Positions 1-12,640 of a stretch of 64,000 bases of DNA are shown here, piece by piece. Origin of the DNA: the human T2T-CHM13v2.0 reference genome, Homo sapiens; contig CP068257.2 of the NCBI GenBank assembly GCA_009914755.4, positions 33,632,001 through 33,696,000 on the forward strand. Reading direction: 5' to 3'. Numbering within the stretch: position 1 is the first letter of the stretch; each line of letters starts with the position of its first letter. The translations under genes and the position numbers were made by a program. The notes under the pieces are model-generated. The model worked only from the letters and a program-made list of their open reading frames with translations, was not told where the DNA came from and made no database searches.

Positions 1-1020
1 GCAACTTAGGAGAAAACAGGCTTGTGGGGATTGCAGGCAGGTGGAGGCACCTCATTCATCCCTCATCCAATGAAGATTTTAGTACCCATTATATGCAGAT
101 ACTGTTCCAGGCACTTGAGATTCATCAGGGACTAAATGAACAGAAATATCTGCCTCACAGAGCTTTCATTTTACGGAGGAGAGACCAGCAATGTACAATA
201 AACATGAAGAAGAAGCAAGTTTTATAGCACTAAGAAGGTAATAATTACTCTATGTGTTAGTTACCTCTTGGCTGCTGTAACAAATTAGAGTATGATGGTT
301 GACTTCTTATAAATATTAATCACCTCCTGTTAGCTCTGGGCACTCAGTGAATTATTTTATATAAATCTGATAACCATCCCAGTCTTCTGATGTCACCCTA
401 AACTCTATATTTTAATACTACTGCTAAATTCACAGTGGATCAGAGCTGTCTTTTGACAGATTAAGTTCCAATATCAAGTCCTGGGCCCTAGGCAAATAAA
501 ATATATTTAACTAATCTGATGCAGCTGATAGATACCATAACCAGCAGGAAGACACATCTCCAGTTAATTGAAGCCTCAGCTTTAGTATTAGGAGCCAGAG
601 CCATGCTTAAGGAGTAGCCAAACCTGTTGGGTGACTATGTCCAGAAAAAACAGTTCTGCATCAGTCATGCCAAAACAGAAAGTCATTGTACCTGGTAAAA
701 AATTTTCAACATTTAATGGAAACTGCAAACTGACTTTTCCTAGTCAGTCAAATCACTTGGCTATGTGAGCATAGAATTCATAGCTGATTTCTCTCCAGAG
801 GCATAATCGGCCTCATATTGGCACACTTCCATGGCTAACATGGCCACTTGGAAATTCTTGCCATTAAAAACTTTCAGACGAAGTTCACCTTCTCCATAAT
901 ATATAAGGTGGAGGCCACAGTTATGTACATGTATGAGAGTGTATTTAAAGATTGTAGTCCCTTCCCATTTCCCACATCCCAGCTTCTCTCAAAGTGCCAC
1001 CAGGCTTCATGGTTCATGGC

Positions 1021-1375
1021 TGATAGGGTTTGTCTGTGTCCCCACCCAAATCTCATCTTTAATTGTAGCTCCCGTAATTCTCATGTGTAGTGGGAGGGAC
1101 CCAGTGGGAGGTAATTGAATCATGGGGGTGGATCTTTCCTGTGCTGTTCTCGAGATAGTGAATAAGTCTCACAAGATCTGATGGTTTTATAAAGGGGAGT
1201 TTCCCTGCACAAGTTCTCTCGTCTGCCACCATGTAAAATGTGCCTTTCACCTTCCATCACGATTGTGAGGCCTCCCCAGTTACGTGGAACTGTAAGTTCA
1301 TTAAACCTCTTTTTCTTTATAAATTACCCAGTCTTGGGTATGTCTTTATCAGCAGCATGAGAATGGACTAATACA
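1021..1375 (+). mobile_element. THE1-type MaLR solo LTR
   Basis: Starts TGATAGGGTTTGTCTGTGTCCCCACCCAAATCTCATCTT and ends ...GAGAATGGACTAATACA, matching the canonical THE1/MST LTR (TG...CA, ~355 bp). The same ORF-track peptides recur at the other THE1 copies. Confidence 0.75.
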
Positions 1376-1382
1376 ATGTTTG

Positions 1383-1727
1383 TGCTGCCTGCCCCCAAAT
1401 TCATCTATTGAAATTCTAACCTTCAATGTGATGGTATTAAGAGATGGGGCATTTGGGAGGGCATTAGATCATGAGGAAGAGACCTCATGAATGGAATTAG
1501 TGCCCTTATAAAAGCTGCCCAAGAAAGCTCCCTTGCCCCCTTTCTACCCCTTTCAATGTGGGGTTACGTTGAAAAGATGAGGAACCAGGCCCCACCCAAC
1601 ATCAAATCTGCCAGTGCCTTGACCATGAACTTCCCAGCCTCTAGAACTGTGAGAAATAATCTTGTGTTGTTTCTAAGCTACCCAGAATTCTTTTACAGCA
1701 GGCTGATCAGACCAAGACTGCCCACTT
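1383..1727 (+). mobile_element. MLT1-like MaLR LTR (ancient)
   Basis: Contains the motifs ...AATGTGATGGTATTAAGAGATGGGGCATTTGGGAGG... and ...CCAGCCTCTAGAACTGTGAGAAATAA...GTTTCTAAGCTACCCAG... typical of MLT1/MST-type LTRs. It lies directly 3' of THE1 #1. Confidence 0.55.
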
Positions 1728-1789
1728 CTGAATTAACGGGAAAAGGTTCACTTTCTAAGATGCAAATTAGGCTTTCACCAAAGAATGGC

Positions 1790-1965
1790 CTTTGTTCTAC
1801 CTGCTGGGGCCTTATCTTAGGCAGTGGTTCTCAATCTTGCTGCTTCTTAAACTCCTCTGGGAGCAACTGTAGAACATCAAAGCCTCCACCTTCCTCTGGC
1901 CAGTTGAGTCTGACACATAGGGGTTGGAGGAGAGGGCAGGATTGAACTCTCCATGTGATTCTGAA
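1790..1965 (+). repeat. Ancient interspersed-repeat fragment, family not assigned
   Basis: GGCAGTGGTTCTCAATCTTGCTGC...CAACTGTAGAACATCAAAGCC... resembles a very common mammalian repeat (GGTTCTCAAAGTGTGG...CAGCATCAGCA...GAAATGCAAATT...CTGAATCAGAAACTCTG). A second copy lies at 3700-3815. Confidence 0.35.
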
Positions 1966-3694
1966 GCATGAGAGGGCTGAGAACTACTGACATAAAGCAT
2001 ATGGAGCTCTTGTTTTGGTCAACATTTGCCCATGGCTTAAACCATGATTTGCCTCTGATCCATGACTTCCCAAGAGTTTACTTTAGATATCTTACATTTA
2101 ATAAAGACTGGGTAATAATGATGATAAATTGGTCATGATAGAAGCCACCATTTACAACCACTGAACGGGGCATTGTACATTTTCTTGTTTAATCCTCCAG
2201 CAGCCTAGCAAGGCAGCTATTTACCATCCTCATTCTATGGCTTAAGAACTTAGGGTCAGAGAAAAAACTTGCTCAAGACCATACAGTCAGTAAGTAACAG
2301 AACTAAGATGCAAATGCAGATTCCAAAGTCAACGCATCAATAGAATTGTAATACAGGGGGTGAGTGCTGTGGAGCTGCATAGGGTCAGGAACATCAGCCT
2401 AATCCTGGCTTTCCAGAGGAAGCGAATCTTAGCTGTAACCAGGAGGATAAGATGAAGCCAAGCTGGAAAGGTCAGAGAAGGGCACTGAGGGAGGGAGAGG
2501 GGCACTAGAGAGGAGGCAATACAGGAAGGAAAGAGTGTCCCAGGTTGGAGGAAGAGGATGTGCAAGGCCTGGAGGTGAACCAGAATGGGCTGGTGATCCA
2601 GGTGAGAATGAACATGAGATGTCCCCAACTGGCTCAGGTAGGAATGGCAAAGTGTCGAAATGAACACGTTAGGGGATCTATGGAAAAGAGAGCACGTTGA
2701 GTGTACAGAACCTGAATTCACTGGAATTTAAACGCGAAAAGTGCATGCAGTTGGAACGATGACGTGAGAGCTCATTACAGGAAATGGGAGAAAAAGAAAG
2801 CCCTGCTGTTAAGACCATGAGATGTGTTTCTCTCCTAATTGTCACCATCCATTCTAGAAGTGGATTGGACATTATCTACTGTGATCCTTGCATTCACCTG
2901 AAGAATCTAAGCCTTGGAGAGGGTCAGCGACTTGTTACAGGTCCTAGTGGCTGCCTAAATGGTCCTGACCTGGGCCTGTAACACAGGGTGATTGACCCCA
3001 GAGCAGGTCTCTTTTCCATTTTGTCCCACGTGGAGGTAAATCATGAGACAGAATAGAAATCATTTTGCTTAATTTAAATAATAAAGGATAGTGCAGAGAC
3101 GGCTTAGCTGCATGCTGCTAGCATGGCCCACCTCCCCTCTGACGTAGGCAGCTCCTACCTACATCAGTGGTCCCTCACCTGGGTGTCCAGAGCAGCCACT
3201 GAGCACGTGCACACTCCTGGGCATGCATGTGTGAGTGGCTTTTGCAGGAAGAAGATTCAGTGCATTCTTAAGCGTATTGTATTTCCATAGCTCTCAAAGG
3301 GACTCTGACTCCCAAATATTTTTACAATAGCAAAGTGCTTTTATTAAAGATCCTAAAAGGCACAATTTTTTTTTCCTAAGCCTACATATTCATTACTGAT
3401 GAATAGTTTTATTTAATAGTATTTCTGCATCTGGCTTTGCCAATGCACAGCTAGTTTATGTCTACATACATAAAATAGTCTGAGAGGCAGAATTTCCAAT
3501 CATTGCTATTACCAATGACAATGACTACTGCTTACTAAACACAATATGCCACATAGGATCCCAAGACCTTTTCCTGTATTATTGTATTTAATCTCAAAAG
3601 TAGTCTGTGAGGTAGATACTGTTATTATAATTTTCATGTTACAGAGAAAAAAAAACCCTCAAAAATAAAAAGATTGAGTCACTTGTCCTAGGTT

Positions 3695-3815
3695 GGTGGT
3701 TCTCAAAGTGTGATCCCTCCGGCAGCATCAGCATTACTGAAAATGCAAATTACTGGGCCCACTTCAGACCTAGTGAATCAGAAACTCTGTGGTTAGAGGC
3801 CCCAAATCCTTATTT
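3695..3815 (+). repeat. Ancient interspersed-repeat fragment, same family as 1790-1965
   Basis: GGTTGGTGGTTCTCAAAGTGTGATCCCTCCGGCAGCATCAGCATTACTGAAAATGCAAATTACTGGGCCCACTTCAGACCTAGTGAATCAGAAACTCTGTGGTTAGAGGCC. Confidence 0.45.
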
Positions 3816-5325
3816 TAATAAGTCCCTCTGGTGATTTTGATACCTTTAGTCATCCAGTTTAAGAACTACAGTCCTAGGGCATCCGGTTAGAAAATGATGC
3901 ATTTTATTTACTGCTAAATATAGCATCATTGCCCAAATCACACAGCTGGTAAATGACATTGCTGAGATTCAAGTCAGGGAACCAATTGCTAGTTTACCCT
4001 CTCTGATTTAAGCGGTGTAGACATAGACAGTCTAACTAGGTTATTGAAGCCTTAATCCCCATTGGGACTTAATTTTATGACTCTCATTGATCAAGCAACC
4101 CTTGGGGTCAAGAACCTCTGCTCAGCTGTCCCTATTGGTTTGTCTTGCACCACTGCATTCTCAGTGTGGGTGTCCAAACCCTGGTGAGCTCCATATCTGA
4201 GCTGTATGACCTTAGGTAATTTTTACTAGCTTTAAGGAAAGCCATTTAGCAGATTTTAATTCCAAATCCACCTGGTAAAAAAAAAATAATCAATAGGTCA
4301 GATAATCTTCATAAAAAAATTGACTCTTTCTTATAAGACAAACCTGTAGGAGCATTTCACAATGGCAGCCAGAACCTCATTTTAAATGCTGCCATGGTAC
4401 AATGGCACGATGTTGAAAGATGAAGCTTGTATTTGGTGTGAGTGAGGACTCTAGATTCTGAAGCTAACCACATTAGCTGGAAAGACTTCGTGCATACCAG
4501 AAATGTAGAAAATACTGCATCCACTCACAAACAACACCCTATGTCACCTTAAGCCGTGGCTTAATCTCTTTGATTTGACTTTTTCCCTCCAAACTCATTT
4601 TAAGGTCTTGAAAATACACAATGCAGCTGCAAAGCTACACTTTGGGACTAAGAACAAGTTTGGGAATAACGACTTGAAATTGGATTCGATGATCTCTTTT
4701 CATTTTATAAGTGTTATGAATCCACTGGCTTCTTGCATGAGAAAGGAGAACACTTTCAGCAAATTTCAACCATCTCACAAATCACTTCATCACAATAGCT
4801 TAATATTCCGATTGTGGACTTTACACAAGATGTGACATCAAACGCAGGACAATCTTGAAATGGCAAATGCCTGGAGGGAGCTGCCGGCCACGGAGTCTGA
4901 ATTACCTCATACCTTGAAATTAGCAGGGCCTCCTGATCAGGGAGTGGGAGCAAAACATTTTTTTTCTTTTATTAGTAAGTCCCATTAACTCTGGTTCTAG
5001 CTTTCGGTACTCCCTGCCTTTCGTAAGGAGTGTCACCCTCACAATGACACAATGTTCTGCCTGTTTGCATTACTAAACACAGGAGGTGCAATGGGGAAGC
5101 AGGCTGCTCATAAAAATGAGTTCAGACGCTTGCTACAGACGTGACAAATACCAAGCTGATTTTTATGCAGGGAATCCTGTCTCATTTTATGTGAAAATAA
5201 GGTAATAAGACAAAAGGAGCTATAGGACTCCAATTTTAGCTTTTTTAAAAAAAACAACATAGCCATACTGATATCCTATGAATCACTACCCCTGCAGTGG
5301 AGTCATTTTTTACGGGGTGTGTGTG

Positions 5326-5356
5326 TGTGTGTGCGTGTGTGTGCTTGTGTGTGTGT
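5326..5356. repeat. (GT)n microsatellite
   Basis: GTGTGTGTGTGTGCGTGTGTGTGCTTGTGTGTGTGT, followed by a short (GA)n run. Confidence 0.9.
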
Positions 5357-7299
5357 AGGGAGAGAGAGATCCCTCTCTACCCATTAGTATAAAAGTTGGA
5401 TTTCTCAACAGCTTGACAATACTGGAAACGTCTCGTCAGTGGTTACTCCATCATGATAAGTATTATTGTGTGATATTTTTTTTCTTAACAGAATGAAAAC
5501 AGATGTCATTTGATATTAATGCCTAACCCCAAGTCAATGGTAACAATTTAAGAAGATACTTGAAGAAAAGAAATGAAACTGTAAATAGAATTGTTATAAA
5601 GTAAAAACTTCAGGAGTTTATTTCATCTTTTAAGAAAAATCAGTTCCATTTCTTTCTCTCTCTAGAGAGGTAGACAAACACACACAGAAATTCTTTCTCA
5701 CTTGGAAAGGGTAGCGCCATTTAACTACTGTAGTCATGAGATGGTGAGGGTGGTAGCCAGGAATGGCCCTAAGTGATCAGCAGGATCAGGGAGAGAAAAA
5801 AAGCACCCTGTGAGAATGCTGAAGGGTTTGGGAAGTGTTTCTAACATTTCACCAGTCGTTTTTACTTAGCAGCTTTAGATTTTAGATTAAAACAGAGGAG
5901 AGATGAGGAAGGCAGACACCAAGATGGGGAATAACAGGGCAGGAGCAACAGAAACAAACAGACACATTCTCAAAACCCATTTGTTTCTGTTACTGGGGCT
6001 ATTCTCATTCCTTTCTCTTTATACCCCATTGATACCCCGATGTCCTCTTCATTTTCCCCAGTTGTAGAATTTCAGTTGGCCTCTGACGCCATGAGAAGAA
6101 ACGAACTCAGTCCAGGCCAATGCAAACGTTTTCCTACAACTCTCTCCCACTTTCCCAAACCCTCCTCCCCCAGCAGTGTCTTCTAATGGCTTCTGTACTC
6201 TTGATTTAAATCGCCCTAAATCCCATCCTCTCTTCTACTTGATCCTAATGACTAATCTGTTCTGCCAAGAAGAGATGACACTTCTTGTCAGCCCTTGCCT
6301 TCCTGTGGTCAAAATTAATTCGTTCACCCAACATTCATTAAGCACCTACCATGAGGTAGACAGTGGCAGGCAACGCCATCACAATCTCTGCCCTTGAGAA
6401 ACCGCCACAACTACAGTGCTCTATCATTCTATACGAATGCAGACGGCACAATCATTCTCTTTTGAACCTAGAATATATATTTTCAAAGGTTCAGATCTAA
6501 AAAATTGTTTAATGAATTAAAGTACCTAGCAAACTCTCCTGGTCAAAAATAGCCATTTAATTTACCAAACTCTATTTAATGCAAGGATTTTATTCTTGGG
6601 AAAGGAAACTAATTCCTTTTCTATTGTGGCTTTCAGCCTGGTCTGACTATCAGAATTAGGTTTTGGATCTAATCACAAAATTAACTTGATGATAGCAAAC
6701 ACAAATCGTCAAATCAGATTTTTCTACCAAATAAATGCAATGGAAACAAGATCTCTCCTATCTACGGAAACCATGATCTCATGCTAGAATTTTAGGGAAA
6801 TAAAGCTTGAACCCTAATGACTATTCATATCAGGAAATATTATTTCTTGTTTGTTGAAATGTCTACCTGTAAGGAACAAATCTAAGATACTTGCCTTTAA
6901 AAAGTTTAAAAAATAATTTGAAGAAAAAAAAAGGAAAATAGGTCTTGTGTCAGTGTTGAGTTAGTTCAGGTAATTATGTTTCTTTCTCCTAAAATAATCA
7001 TATTTTGTAATTAAAAAACTCACAACAGCCTTTCATCGTATTTTTATACATTCCCTTCTGTGTTATTGAGAAACTTGTATAAGCTCACAAAATATAAGTA
7101 TGCTCTGCTTCTCATGTATTTTTTCCTTTGGATGGTTTTGATTTGTTTTTATTGTTGCTCCATTGAGTAACTTTATAACACCATAACATTTTGTAGAAAA
7201 GGATTCCTAGATGAATGAAACCTTTCTGAAATCCTAAAAATCTTACCTTTGCCAAGCTAGCCTTACTGGCATGAAGCCTGCTCCACTTCCTGGTTCTGA

Positions 7300-7760
7300 C
7301 CAATAATTTTCTATGCGAACGTCATCATCAAAGCTTGCAGGACAACTTGTGTGGAGCATTTCCAGATACCCGTCCTCCCCTCTGTTATTTCAGTCAACAG
7401 CTGCTCAGCCTGTTCTTCCCATCACCGTTCATGATTGCGTTAGACAAAAATCCACCTTTAAATAAACTGTGAAAACTGAGAACGGCAAAGCAACCAGTGG
7501 CAACTAAGAGGCACTCTGCTGTTATCAACCTCAGCTCACAGTCTTGGGCGCATGCCCAGCAGGACTAAATTCTCTATACAGCAAGGGAGAGTTTCAGCTG
7601 ACCTGCTGTGAATGCCCCAAGTGAGTCACTGCCGTTAACTCCATCAGTGCCACTTGCTGTCTACTTGGACATTTCTGAACAGCTGCTTGGCTCTAATGTC
7701 GACCTCTAACTGGAAATATGGCCTCGTCTGACTCAGTTTCAGAAGAGAAAAAGGGGGAGG
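7300..7760. promoter_or_regulatory. Candidate cis-regulatory module: unique, CpG-retaining, AP-1 plus E-box cluster
   Basis: Two consensus AP-1/TRE sites TGAGTCA (7623-7629) and TGACTCA (7729-7735); three CAGCTG E-boxes (7398, 7595, 7680); about 10 retained CpGs (GCGAACGTC, CCCGTCC, CACCGTTC, TGCGTT, AACGGC, GGCGCATGC, GCCGTT, GTCGACC, CCTCGTC) in otherwise CpG-depleted DNA. Confidence 0.3.
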
Positions 7761-10700
7761 CAGAAGGGAGGAGAGAAAACACACATGCCCACTCTCAATC
7801 CAGATTGACAACTTTGTTTTTTTCTCATTGATTGTGGTAGAAATAATTGTTGATGAGGTGGAAATACTAAACCCAGTTTGTCATAGTTTCTCTATTTTGT
7901 CTCTTAATATATTCCTCATGAAGTTGGATTGGGATCTTCTACTGAAATTATACGCTGCTGTGGAAATTCACAGTCCTTAAGAGCTCACCCCATTTCCATA
8001 TTTTGTTTTTAACATATCCACTGAATTTTCCAAACACAAAAGTGAATATTTCTTTTATTCTAAAAATGTTGTTCATAATATTGAGAATCCATTTAGAATC
8101 AATCAACATTTTTGGAGTACTTGTTAGAACAGACTTCTGGGGTAGACATTAAAAAGGATTCTGAGAAATATCAGACATGCTTCCTGGATTCAAGAATTTA
8201 TAATAAAATGAAGAGAAAAGGCCTTGTTCAAACAGATGGCCCAGGAACAAGATGAGACAGTGTGCACAGAAGTGTCACATGCCTGCTACAGCTACTAGAA
8301 TCTGTGAGAGCTCAGAGAAAGGCTCTGGGCTGGTGGCTTTAAATCCAGAATGATGGTAACTGATACTAACAACTGAAGTGAAATTGACTTCATAAACATG
8401 GACGATGTGTCATAGCTGGGCATGCAGCCCAAGTGTCTAAGTTGAAGACTGAAAAATGCTCACATGGCCTCAGTATTTCATTTCAGCAAAAATCCGTGAT
8501 TTATATGTGTATTGTTGTATGCACAGGCACATGTACACATGTTTTTAAACTCTTATATTGCCAGAGACACTGAGGAATTGATCATGTACTTATTCTCCTG
8601 GGATCATTTACTATTGTGTGGACAGTGAACAAGCACCAAGCCGGGTTTCTGGAGTTTAACCCAAAGAAAGACAAATAGATGAAATAGCATAAGGCTTCTT
8701 CCATTTTGAAGGTATCTTCTACCTGCTGTTTTTATTTCTTGAAAGGAGATTTCAGAGGAGAATAAAGATAGGTTAATTCTTAGTTTTATGATGATAATAA
8801 TATAACTATAGATTTTCTAACAGCATTTCAGCATTTGTAAAGATTTTTCTTGAACAGTAAACAGAGGAATGTTATTCCATGATCATTGGTGCTTTGAGTT
8901 AATTTAGCTCTCTGCATTATTTACTCCACTTGACTGCAGTTTGAAGTTGAAGAGAGCATGGTCTCCGGTGCTTGGATAATGCTTCCTATGGAATATGTGA
9001 GTAGACTTAGTTACTCTTAAAGTCATCAAATGAGATTGGACCACAAATATAATACAAAAAATAATCTCAAGGTTTTAATCCTGAAAAGCTTGCAAATATT
9101 AGAAAACAATGGATCCAAAGGAAATGCCTTGATTTGGGGCCCTAAAACTAACTAGTAGTTTTCAGCATAATTTTCCAATTCATATCTAAGGCTGCTTGAA
9201 TAATTAATAAACTATCATCGGTTTTCCCAAGTCACCAAAATCACACTTAGTTGTGAGTGCGATGTAACCAGATTTTGGTATAATCAAGTCTGCCTTAGAC
9301 CTTATCTACAGGCTTGATGGAACAAAAGGGTTTTTCTCCAAATGGAGAGACAAGTCAGAAAGGGAATCCTCTCTGAAGGGAAGTAAGAATTGCGTGGGGA
9401 ATACATACCATGGTCGAAATTACAAGTTGATTCATGAGCAGTCTTGCTTTAATACCATGGTGCGGTGATGAACGCAGAAACAGGCAGTGAAACAAAAATG
9501 ATAAATAAGGTAAACAGATTCTATGGGAAAATGAATGACGACGATAATTCATTCTATGGAGGTGAGAGGATGCTGAGAGGAATTCCCAAAGAAAACAGTT
9601 GAGCTGGTTCTGAGTATGCCTTTAGCAGGCTGCCTTGGGCAAAAAGTGAGAGGGAATTTCAACCAGTAAGTGCAATATTTATTCAAGAAGTATTTATTGA
9701 AATGTCTATTATGTGCCAGGTAGTATTCTGAATAATGGGGATATCATTTTGAATACTCGGGATATCATTTTGAAAAAAACCAAGTTCCTAATTCATGATG
9801 CCTATATCCCCACAGGGAAGGCACAGAGTAAAATCAAATTAATGAATGAAAAAGTAAGTAAATAGATAAATGAAAAATAAATGAAATATACTTCTGTATT
9901 ATGATGTCAAATAGAGACAAGAGCTAAAAAGAAAAATAATGTAAGGCAAGATGAGTTTATTTCCAATTATGTGGAAGTGTAAAAATGCAGGTGACTTTCA
10001 TGAATCAGCAAGATCTGATTGTCCTTACAGCACAATATGCTTACTGGGAGTGAGGGTGAGAAAGGGGTGAGAAAAATGACAAAAAAGGAGGCAGAATATT
10101 TGGGTTTCAAGTCCCATATGATCTTTTAAGCCCTGTTAAGAAGTTTGGGTTTTCTTCTGAAGATAAGTCAGGAGCCATGGAAAGATTCTTAGGTAGGGGA
10201 TATGGTATGGTCTGTTTTTATGTAGATCACTTCCATGGCAGTAGAGAGAACAAATTTTGGGTGATCAACTTGGGAGGTAGGGGCCTCAGTTAGGAAGCTG
10301 GTTGCTTGTGGCCTATCAGTTGAGTTGAAAGGATTATTACACACAGGCTGGCCTGTATCTGGTAATCTGAGCTTTAACTAGGAGGAATCCTAGCCCAGGT
10401 GGGTCGCTGTAAATGGTTAACCCAGTTGTAATTGATGTGCCTACTGGCCCTGAATTGAGGGGTTGCTCCTATCTCCCCACCCGACTTGCCTGGAATTTCT
10501 GCTTCTGATAATACCAGAATAGCTCCTGTCAGACAAACTGTATCACAGGTAACAACTGTGAACTCTGTACAAATTATTCAAAACCAATGACTGAATACTC
10601 TGGAGAGAGACCAAAGGCAGGCAAAGACAGAGAGGCAATCAATGCTCAGGAGAAGAACATAACAATGATAAGTTTTCTGCTTTTTACAGGCTTTAGCCAG

Positions 10701-11039
10701 AGAGCAGGTCCAAGTTAGGGCTACACTAGGAAATGAAAACTTGGATCACAAGCAACAGTCTTACAAGCTTGAAGAACCAGAAAAACAATTTCAGGAGACC
10801 AAACCAGACAGAAGATAGCCAGAGAATGATATCCAAAATTTCATGTATAAATTCTGCCCAAATCTCTGATGTACCTTGAACTGTGCATGCACAGGGTAGA
10901 CTCTAAGCAGTGATGCCTAGGCTAAAAGAACAGAACGCAGATTTCAGCTGCTGCCCACCACAAGAATGAAAAATTTTGGATTTCAGTTCTAATCAAGTTA
11001 ACTGTCTGCTTAAAACAAAATAATCAACACCCTTTGTGA

Positions 11040-12640
11040 TTTGGTTGAATTTTCTGAATTCAGGGTCTCCAAAATGTATTACTCGCCATGTCCAGGATTA
11101 CTAGATATACAAAGCAAGTTTACTAGATATACGAAGAATAAAGAAAATATAACACAAAACCAAGAGAAAAGACTTAATAAAATCCGATCCTGAAATAACC
11201 CAGATATTAGCAGACAAGGATTTTAAAGCAGATATTTTAAACATGATCTAAAATAAGAGAAATATGTATTTCATAAATAAAAATGCTAAGTCTCAGTAAA
11301 AAAATAGAAACCATAAATAATAACCAAATGAGAACCTAGAACTGAAAAATACAACGCCTGAAATAAGAAATTAACTGGATGGGCTTAATAACTAGGAGAT
11401 GACACAAGAAAAAGTCAGTGAAGTAGAAAATAGATCAATACAGTCATAAAATCTTAAAAACAGAAAGAAAAAACAGATTGGCTTGTGAAAAGATTTCAAA
11501 AGGAAAACAGGGAAAATTTTTTTGAAGTAGCAATGCCTAAAATTCTCCACATTTGGTGAAAAACATAAAGGTTGGAAAATTCAATCAAAGAAAACCATAC
11601 TAAGAGCCATTATGATTATTGAAAGTAAACCAGATGGCTGGGTGTGGTGGTCCACACCTGTAATCCCAGCACTGTGGAAGACTGAGGCAGGCAGATTGCT
11701 TGAGCCTAGGAGTTCAAGGCCAGCCTGGGCAACATGGCAAAGCCATGTCTCTAAAAAAATTAGCCAAGTGTGGTGGCGCATGCCTGTAGTCCCAGCTACT
11801 CAAGAGGCTGTGGCAGGAGGACCACTTGAGTCTGGGAGGTTGAGGCTGCAGTGACCATGATTGTGGTATCACATTCCAGCCTGGGTGACAGAGTGAGACC
11901 CTGTCTCAAAAAAGAAAGACAGAAAACCAGAAAACAAAAAATTCTTAAAGCAGCCAGAAACAATGTAACACATCATATAATAGGTATAGAATAAAAACAA
12001 TACAAACAATTGCTAACTTCTTATCAGTAACTATGAAAGCTAGACTACAGTGGATCAATGTCATTAATGTGATAAAAGAAAGCAAAACTTTCAAGTTATC
12101 CTTTTATATCCAGTGAAAATAACCTTCAAGAAAGATGGAAATAATCTTCAAGGTAAAATAAAGAAATTTGCAAATAAATACAAACTAAGATAATTTATTG
12201 GCAGTATGTCCACACTGCAATATACACTAAAGGAAGTTTTTCAGACTGATAGGAATTTGTACTAGATGCAAATGGAATCTTCAAAATAAATTCAACTCAT
12301 TTACACCAGAAATGGTAAATATGTGGGCAAAAGACTGCTTAAATTAAAAAAAAACTTTGTATTATGATTTATGAAGCATGTAGATAATGACACATATGAC
12401 AACTAGAGCAGAAAGGATGACGGAATCAGTAAACAGATTTAATTAATTACGACATTTGTATATCATACATGAAGTGGCACACTATTAATTCTAAGTAGAC
12501 TGTGAAAATGTAAGAATGTTTATAGTAGTCCTTAGAGCAATAACTAAAATTATAATGCAAAGAAGTATAGCTAAAAAGCCTTTAAATAAAATCAGTTTTA
12601 AAAATCTATACAGTTAGCCCCAAATAAAGCAGGACTAAAG
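11040..12640 (+). mobile_element. Old L1 (L1M/L1P-type) internal fragment: ORF1 3' end, inter-ORF region and start of ORF2
   Basis: AT-rich sequence with L1-typical strings (...GAAGTGGCACACTATTAATTCTAAGTAGACTGTGAAAATGTAAGAATG...AATAACTAAAATTATAATGCAAAGAAGTATAGCTAA...). It is interrupted by the Alu at 11636-11923. Confidence 0.5.
11636..11923 (+). mobile_element. Alu SINE (AluS-like) with A-rich tail
   Basis: GGCTGGGTGTGGTGGTCCACACCTGTAATCCCAGCAC...GAGACCCTGTCTCAAAAAAG. The 8-bp TSD AAACCAGA is present at 11627-11634 and 11924-11931. Confidence 0.9.

Noticed and set aside
244-420. Possible additional MLT1-type LTR fragment in minus orientation near the window start (TATGTGTTAGTTACCTCTTGGCTGCTGTAACAAATTAGAG...)
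   Set aside because: Only about 50 bp resemble the MaLR 3' end (reverse complement). It is too short and diverged to annotate as a feature with confidence.
1487-1945. 152-aa ORF on the + strand
   Set aside because: It runs through the MLT1-like LTR and an adjacent ancient repeat. Similar peptides (e.g. ...RDPVGGN..., ...GTFYMVADERTCAG...) recur at the other MaLR copies, which is the hallmark of repeat-derived ORFs.
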